A stretch of 64,000 nucleotides of DNA from Strigamia acuminata (Eukaryota): contig OX442314.1 of the NCBI GenBank assembly GCA_949358305.1, positions 14,570,001 through 14,634,000 on the forward strand, given 5' to 3'. Below, piece by piece: positions 56,214 to 64,000 of this stretch. Position numbers and translations under genes: made by a program. The notes below the pieces were generated by a model that worked only from the letters and a program-made list of their open reading frames with translations, did no database searches and had not been told where the DNA came from. How positions within the stretch are numbered: position 1 is the first letter of the stretch; each line of letters opens with the position of its first letter.

Positions 56214-56656
56214 AGCCTTTTAGCTTCGGGCTCACGTTGATTGCTTAAAACGGGAAAGGGAAGCTCTTGTTTCTTTGCAAGGGCTAAGGGTTTTTTACCC
56301 ATTTCGCGAACTTGTGTACTTTAAACTTTATTTATCCAGAATGATCTTTATGTGATAAGCCTGTTCGTTAGTACACTCAGACTCTGATACAGTGTTGACT
56401 TTTTATTTCGGTTTAGCCATTTGTGTTAGAAAGTTTAGATTTTTCTAAATTAAATTATCAAATTGTTGAATAAATTTAATCTTTTATTTTCACATTGTTT
56501 CCAACGTTTCTGTTTCGTTCTATTTATAAAGAAGGAATTACAATTTTCGACCAATCGGAATCGTTGCTGAGCTATGTGCGCCGTAGAAAGATGGCGAACT
56601 CCATGTTGCGAGCTTTGAGATTATCTTAAAGAGGAATGTTTTAATCGCTGTTGAGT

Positions 56657-58078
56657 ATGGGGAAGAAAAGCCGACGCAATGTGCCTCAAACTAAAAACTC
56701 GAACCTATGTGCTCCTAAATTGTCGTCTAAAATGAAACGAAGGTTAAATGACATTGTGGAGGAACTATTAAGATGTAAGTCACGACAGATGTAAGTTAAG
56801 ACCTATTTTTAGGTCGCTACAAAAATTAACAAAATGTCATTATACGTAAAATTCAATTATTTTTTCCTTCTTTTTTTATGTTGGGGTTATTGAGTTCAAT
56901 TTTTATTTTTATTTTCAGTGTGCACCACCATTACTTTTGAATGGGACAATTACGTGGAAATATACGGAAAACTTAAGGAAATAATTGAAATAGAAAAAGG
57001 TAGTTTCCAACATCTGATGAAATTTATTATTCGAGGTTTTACGTAATAAACAAATGCTATTATCAGATAAGTTGTGTACTTAATGATAAGGTTTATATAT
57101 TGTCTAATGAAAATGCATGTATATTGATAAATCGTTTGTTTACTTGGGAACTTCCTCCACTTGAAATTATCAACTGGGGAAAATTTTCTAAATGACTTGT
57201 TTTTTTTTCTCGTTAAAATTATTTTTTAATTGTAAAATAATTATAAAACTAATTTATTTTTATCGAGAAATTTCAACATCGTATTCCGAGGATTTCTATT
57301 TTTAATAATAATTATTTTTTTTTGTTTAATTTAGCCTGTCAACTTCCACAGCTGAATCGAGAAAATAATTTTCCGGAATTTCTGAAATGGTTGTCGCTTC
57401 ACGGCGCGACGCACTCCAATGTCGAAATAGCATTTTTCGAACAAACAGGGTACGGAATAAAAGCAAACCAACCTATAAAAGTACGCAATTAAATTTTTTT
57501 ATCTGAATTGGAATCTTTTATATGGATTTATTTCATCTTTTTTTATAGGAAAATGATTTATGGTTGACTATTCCAAGGAAACTTATGCTCACATTAGAAA
57601 CCGCCCAAGGAACGATTCTAGGAAAACTAATTGAAGATGACCGACTTTTAAAAAACATGCCAAATGTAGCTTTATCATTACTTTTACTTAATGAAAGATG
57701 CACCGAGAATTCATTCTGGGCGCCATATATTAGTAAATCTCATTTGGAAATTAAAAAATAATAATAATAATAAAAATACTCATGTAATATTGCTCAATTT
57801 TAGGCACTTTACCAGATGTTTACGACACGCCAATGTACTTCACCCTAGACGAATTGCAACATTTGAAGGGAACTTCCGTTTTGGGTACTAACAAAATAAT
57901 ACAATAAATTCAAAACGTGAGTTAAAAAATAAAATTTTATTCATTTTCTTTTAGAAACGGCTATAAAGCAATGCATAAGTATCGCTCGTCAGTACGCTTA
58001 TCTGCATAAACTCTTACGGGCGCAATCGAAATCTCAAACGCAACCCTTATCTAGTTATTTTACGTATGACAGTTACAG
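56657..58078 (+). CDS. SETD3: Actin-histidine N-methyltransferase SETD3, N-terminal six exons only; remainder presumably beyond window
   Basis: MGKKSRR start; RENNFPEFLKWLSLHGA; GYGIKANQPIK|ENDLWLTIPRKLML; LIEDDRLLKNMPNVALSLLLLNER..SFWAPYI; TLPDVYDTPMYF; IARQYAYL..FTYDSYR|gtaagt. The expected next exon (WAVS..MTRQN) was not found before 64000. Confidence 0.9.
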
Positions 58079-58184
58079 GTAAGTTTACATCATGAGAAGA
58101 CAATTTTTTTAAAAATCATTTAGTACATTTTTGTACTCGTTTTAATCAAAAGTAAATCAGTAACGAGATAATAACAACAAACAT

Positions 58185-59591
58185 TCATCCATTTTCGTAC
58201 GTTTGTCCAAAATGCCAATTATGATTTGGTTTTCCTAAACTCAATTTTGGTATTGGTCTCTTTCGCCTCCTCCTGACTTTCCTTTGTTTCCACATATAAA
58301 ACACCATCATGAGAGCAAAAAATAAAATGGCACAGCCTCCAATAATACTACTAATCACTATAGTATTGGTCGTGCTCGCAGACATGGCCGGCGAAGGCGA
58401 TTGCTTTCTCTCTTTGTCGTCGTAGAACGTTTCAATGTCAGGCGCCATGTCTAGCGGGTAATCAGCTGGCATATCTTTGAGTAATGTCATTACCGCGCTA
58501 GGTTCGCTCTGACTTGGTGTTGGCATCGGTGTCGATGTGCTCGACGATGAACTCTCGGTGAATGACGCTAATTGAATCGTCGATGATTCTTCAGCACGCG
58601 ATTGCGTAGTTGCAAACGTTGTAAGAATTTTCGCCGTTTTCTGACGGAAATGCGCGATCATCTTAGGACGTGCCAGTCTGCTCCGAATGGTCGCCCGACG
58701 GTCTTGTTTGGCAGTGGTGGATGGAGTATCCATTACGGTTGTAGTAGTTGGTTGTTGTGTGGTAGTGGTGGATGGAGTATCCATTACGGTTGTAGTAGTT
58801 GGTTGTTGTGTGGTAGTGGTGGATGGAGTATCCATTACGGTTGTAGTAGTTGGTTGTTGTGTGCTTTTTAATGTAGTGGAACTTGTATGTACAGTCAGTT
58901 TGGTTATTTTTATTGGTGTTGTTGGATTTACGGTGGTCGGGCTCGTCGGATTTGTGGTTTTAGCATCGATTGTACCGCCAGTTTGATTACTACGAGTAAT
59001 TATGACTAGTGGTACGGGTTTTCTCAGTTTAACGGTCGATGAAATGATTTTAGTAGTGGTTTTTGAAGTTGGGGTTGTTGTTATAGGCGGCGCTGATGTG
59101 GAAGGAGAATCATTTTCCTTATCAGTAGCGTCGTAAATTTGTTGCTGCTTCTTTTTTGTGTACCTTTCATCTTCAGCTGATATTGAGAAGCGAACGTTTG
59201 TACCTAAGAGAGCTAGGGCTAATGGTTTTTCTGTATCTTCTTCGCTGTACTCGTCGCTGTCAGTTTGTTCGCTTGATGGCGTCGTTGTCGGCGCAGATGC
59301 GTGCAGATTTCCATCTTGTTTATTCACTTTTAACGCGGCTTCGGTGTTGCCATCTGATGTGTCTCGACCAACAATTCCCTTACTGATGTAGTTTACTTCA
59401 CCCGCATGGGGAAAATTCGTCTCTGTTTCTGTTTCCATTTCGTGTGGATCTTGCAATTGGACAAAATGAGTTTTTACCACCGATGAAGAAATTCCATCCA
59501 ATTCCTTCCAGTCCGATGCACCTGTGGTAATTTGCGCAATCCACGTGAATACCACCAGGAGGTGAATGTTTGCTCTATCCATCTTAAACAT
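58185..59591 (-). CDS. Uncharacterised mucin-like type I membrane glycoprotein, single coding exon, nested antisense in a SETD3 intron
   Basis: 468-aa ORF in AT-rich DNA: signal-peptide-like N-terminus (IHLLVVFTWIAQITTGA), Thr/Ser/Pro-rich ectodomain, hydrophobic TM (IVISSIIGGCAILFFALMMVFYMW), basic stop-transfer segment, short tail ending QTYENG. Confidence 0.8.
   Translation of the reverse strand: MFKMDRANIHLLVVFTWIAQITTGASDWKELDGISSSVVKTHFVQLQDPHEMETETETNFPHAGEVNYISKGIVGRDTSDGNTEAALKVNKQDGNLHASAPTTTPSSEQTDSDEYSEEDTEKPLALALLGTNVRFSISAEDERYTKKKQQQIYDATDKENDSPSTSAPPITTTPTSKTTTKIISSTVKLRKPVPLVIITRSNQTGGTIDAKTTNPTSPTTVNPTTPIKITKLTVHTSSTTLKSTQQPTTTTVMDTPSTTTTQQPTTTTVMDTPSTTTTQQPTTTTVMDTPSTTAKQDRRATIRSRLARPKMIAHFRQKTAKILTTFATTQSRAEESSTIQLASFTESSSSSTSTPMPTPSQSEPSAVMTLLKDMPADYPLDMAPDIETFYDDKERKQSPSPAMSASTTNTIVISSIIGGCAILFFALMMVFYMWKQRKVRRRRKRPIPKLSLGKPNHNWHFGQTYENG
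58713..58863. repeat. 51-bp x3 coding tandem repeat (QQPTTTTVMDTPSTTTT)
   Basis: ATGGAGTATCC recurs at 58721, 58772 and 58823, exactly 51 bp apart, with near-identical units. Confidence 0.95.
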
Positions 59592-62500
59592 CCCTACGTA
59601 GGGAATCGACAGTTTGGATTTTCGAAGGAACCTTGAATTGACATTGGGAATTCCTGAGAAATAAGAATAAAACGAATGGAATTAAATTGCAACATTGTAT
59701 TTTTAAATAAATAAATAAATAAATAAATAAAATGAAATAATGTGCATGTGTAAACACCATTTTGTGTGCAAATGGCGTGCCGATTCTCATGAAATCGCAC
59801 TCTTTCACACCATAAATTTAGCTAGGTTTTCATTAGAGAAGGACACACCGCACCTTTTTACTCCACTCGTGGCTCTTACAAACCGCCTTTTTCCTCTTCA
59901 CTTTTTTCATTTGTTTACGTTAATTATAATTCTTTTTATTCTCAGTCATTTGTTCGGTAATTACCGCAGAGAAGGCTAATTGTGTACACTAAAGTTGTGA
60001 CCTCAAAAGTAGGTCCTCAATATTTATCTTTTGTGCTTTGTCCTTGAGTTACTTGTGGTTAAAAATTAGGGTGTAATTTTTAATTTTTAATTTTCCGCTC
60101 GTCAATTAAGTGAGGGAATTGTTGTTTAAAGAATCTCATTAATATGTACGAGTTGCAAATGAACGTGCGTTGAACTCGAGATATTTGATCTAAGTTTTCT
60201 CAATTTCATTTCCTGCTAATAAGTTATCCCCAGATCTGCATGCGATGCCATCAACCTGAGTCTTTATTAGTGATTAGGAAGGTACAGGAGTCAGTTTCCT
60301 CGGAATGTATTGAGTAAACGTAAACGTCAAGAAAGTGTAATGAACTTGGATGAAGGGGGGAAGGAAATATTTAATAATGAAGAGTTTCTATGCTGGAATA
60401 AATAACACTTTGGCCTGAAAAAAAAAAATGAAAAATAGAGACATCCAGCGTAGGAAATTGCGTTTTGGTTAGTGATTTTAGAAAAACATTAAATTTGGAC
60501 ATTTTTTTTATACGATGTAATTATTTTTTTTTATTATTTGTGATTTTTATTTAAATCTGTGCCACTGTTTTTATTGCGTGTTTGCATGCTTGATTTGAGT
60601 TTATGGATATGCATGTGGGAGATATTTTACGTTGCTGACATTTTTAGAATTTTATTTTTTAAATTCAAAAAAAAAAAAAATGTTTGTTGAAATATTTTCT
60701 TGTTTTTCAAATTTTTGTTGAAATGAAATTAGAAAAAGTAAACAAGATGACGTAATATAGCTTAAAACATGCAGCGAGCAGTATAAAAACCATGAAACTT
60801 TAAAATAACCTTGCACTTTAGTTATCTAATCACTTGAAACTGATGCCATTACTTAAATGTAAGAAGGATGATTGAGATTACAAGTATGAATATGTGGCAT
60901 TTAAAAAAGTGAAATAATTTTATACGAAATTAAGCTTCAATTTAAAAAAAATAAATGAATATTTTATCCGGGGAAAAGATAATAGAATTTCTAATTAATC
61001 TCTTTTTCAAAAAAGCAGTCGCGTAAAGTCCCTTAATTGTGATTAAAATTGATTTATTTTTAATTTTTATTTCTCAAGAAATTTAATTAAATAGGAAGAA
61101 AAATAAAACAGTAAAGCACTTCCTTCTTTCATCAAAGTTGTTTTTCCCCCCTTTGTAATTTATACATACTGAAGTATAATTGATACTATTTTTATATTAT
61201 AATTTACGTAAAGGGGATTTTCAAATTCTACCGAAATGAGTAATGACGGACGAATATAACGAGTGAAAAATACAAATGCAAATTCTTACCTGGTTGTTCG
61301 ACAACTACCTCTTTATAAAAAAGAGGCTTTCATTTCATCTTGTCTGTAAATCCAAATTACACATAAATTTGAAGTTGAAATTTCACGTGAATCCAACAAA
61401 ACGTAATGAAACTTAGCAGCGCTCATATGATGCACGGACCTGGGTTTATACCTGTCTTGGCCCCGAGGGAAGGCCATGCGTGCTCACCTCAGTTTTATGA
61501 CTTAAATGTGCATATAAGCTTGACTGCAACTCCTTATGGCCAATCTTTTGACGATTTGCACACCGCTAAAACAGTCTACAAGAGTATAGGAGGATTCTTT
61601 TTTTAGTTCTTTGATGGAAAAAAGTTTTATTGTAACACTAGAGTGTGAAAGAGACAATTGCAAGTGGTCGATTGAAAGGGTTTATTATTATTATGATTAT
61701 TTTTTGAAGCGAGATAAAGATCGAGCCATCACTTTTCTAGTCATAATTTTCTATTTTCTGTTTCAATCTGGGTGGGGTTGAGGAAGGAAAGTTGAGAAGT
61801 GGGAAATGGTTTGTACCAATTTCGTGTAATGTGAATTGTGAATTGGATGTTAATTGTTGGAGAGAATAAGAGCAACTTCGACGTGTGGTTATGTGACTGG
61901 GTTACAAGTGTTGGTGGAATTAAGTCCGGTGTTTTTTTTGTGTGTTAATTACTTCCATGGTTGGTTTTTGTCAAGATGGCGAACGTTCTTAGATTTTGAC
62001 ACTTCCCCGTTATGTGTTTCTGGACCAGTTAATTTTTTTTTTCTTTTTTCGAAGTCTTTTTCATAAGTCAAGTGAACTTTGGAGTTCTATTTGATTTGTG
62101 AGGCAGAACGAAAACGGTTTATTTTTGCTTGACCAAGTTAGTGATTTTTATGTTACCACTGACCAATAAAGAAATGAAAAATCGTTTTTTTTAAATACTT
62201 TATTGTACGTGATTTTTTGAATTTTGAATATAATTTAGGTCAATTAAAACCCGGTAGTGATGCAAATGGATACAAATTGTATTTTCTTTTTTCTCGACTT
62301 TTTTGTTGTTGCTGAAATATAAAACCGAGAAAAAATTATCCCAAGGAAGTGATTATTGCTCATATTAATGTTGGTTATGAGTGATCGTTGGGGAAAATAC
62401 GTTAATTTATTATCCGTTATCGCCATTTTGTGCAAATTTGGAAAGAAAATGAGAAATTGGTAAGATTAATTGGAGAAATTAAAAAGCAGCTGGAAAGGTT

Positions 62501-64000
62501 ATCATAATTCCAGGTTTTAGTGGAATTCCTTAACCTTAGATAAATTAAATAAAATTGTCTAAAAGTTACATTTTTTATTTATTAATATTAATTTTTCTCT
62601 GAAGACAGACAAACCGAAATTGATCCGACCTTGTAAACAAACCAGTGATTTCCACTTGTATGTTTTCTCCCCTTTACAACGGTTTTGGTTTCTATTTTGT
62701 GAATTGCCTGATACTGTTTCTGGCACATCAAAATTTTTTTCTTTTTATTATCTTTATATGATTTTCTTTTTTCTTTTTTTCTTTTTTCTTTCTTTTTTCT
62801 TTTGTTTATCTCCTGCACCTCAACTCGATAAATTGATGAGTGATTGGACTTTGTTTTGTTTTATTTACATCTATTCATACACGTTGTTTCTTTCATATTT
62901 TTTTCTTCTTCCTGCGTGCCATTTTTTGTTTAGGAACACATTTTCCTTCTTCCTTCATGCAGAACAATCTCTAACAGATTTTTCAATTTTGTTGTCAGTT
63001 TAGGGCTAAATTGTTTGTCTCCAGTAATCTGATAATAACACTTTTAAAAAAAAATAGTGGTTTTGTTTACCAAACTTTTATCTTAACACAAAACGGATTA
63101 AGTTCCCTAAAAAATTTGTTTCATGTGTTCGGAAAAATCGAAACAAAAGACACTTTATAAATTTCCTTCCAAGGTCAAATTACTAAAAATGAACACCCAA
63201 CACTTGAAAATAGAAAGTAGTGATTTACAAATTTATTAGACACGTTTTATCCATTCCAAATATAGATGTACAAATTGAAAAGATTTGGGTGGGTGTGAGA
63301 AAAAGGGGATTTGTGGCGAGACGGCGCGAGATTGGGATTGTAGGTGTGTGAAATCTTGGTCCAAGGCAATATGTTCCACTAAAGTCGTGGGCATCTTAAT
63401 CATATTGCCGTATTTGATCGCATTTCTGTTTTAGCACCATGTTAAGTGTTTGGTTGCACCTTGCATTTAATTTAATACAAATAAACAATTTAATCGGATT
63501 AATCACAACGAGTGTTTAGGCCTAAATTGATTTTGGCTGTAAACTGTATTTTTCGGTTTATTTCCTTCGTGATAGATGTTTTGCTCGGGCACCATGTAAT
63601 TTATTTAATCAGTAGTTAGTTTTTTGGCAGCTGCACGAAAAAGTGCATGTTCCCAACTCGCATTTCGTTTTTGAAGAAGCAATTCCTTGCGTTATTTATT
63701 TTGTTTTAAAATCACGCAGCCCAATACTGTGGGAAATGACTAAGAAATGTTTTTTTTTTCCTTGTTATTTATTAAATGTCATAGTTTATTTCAATGTAAA
63801 TTTTTAACCAGATGCAGCAAGCTTCTGATATCCGTATCATTTCCTCCAATTTTTATTCGCCGAATTTATTTTAATGTTGCAATAACTTGTTATTATTTTT
63901 AATTTTATTAATGTTGTTATTAGGAAATCAACAATTATAATTATTATTATTTTAAAGTATAAGAATTTTTGAAATTGACTATTATTATTAATTTTTGTTT

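Noticed and set aside
58602..59391. Plus-strand Val/Gly/Cys-rich repeat ORFs
   Set aside because: Antisense readings of the Thr-rich mucin repeat; the minus-strand ORF has the coherent signal peptide and TM architecture.

Overview
AT-rich, gene-dense eukaryotic (metazoan, probably arthropod by inference) genomic DNA with mostly ~55-70 nt spliceosomal introns, so the supplied ORF track shows only exon fragments. Genes reconstructed by hand, in order: PKDCC/VLK secreted kinase (+, 5' end outside the window), SIPA1L RapGAP-PDZ (-), two tandem mitochondrial isoleucyl-tRNA synthetase genes (+), RAB3GAP2 (-), EXOSC2/RRP4 (+), STIP1/Hop (+), PSMC1/Rpt2 (+), an SLC6 amino-acid transporter (-), a degenerate 5S-rRNA-like element, a divergent pair of tRNA-Ser(UGA) genes, DYNC2LI1 (+), numb (+), an IkB/cactus gene (-), and SETD3 (+, running off the window) with an unrecognised mucin-like type I membrane protein gene nested antisense in its intron. 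The main finding is the first IleRS copy (18595-22825). It has an intact 21-exon reading frame, a mitochondrial-type presequence, the CP1 editing motifs, the anticodon-binding domain and the zinc finger. Its aminoacylation-site motifs, however, are selectively rewritten (GPPY>[13 protein letters not shown]>[16 protein letters not shown]>YPISQRK, DIWFDSG>[17 protein letters not shown]>[14 protein letters not shown]>KLTKA), while a canonical copy sits 233 bp downstream. It is a candidate neofunctionalised IleRS-like pseudoenzyme, analogous to the SerRS paralog SLIMP. All gene identities rest on recognition of translated motifs; no database search was run.
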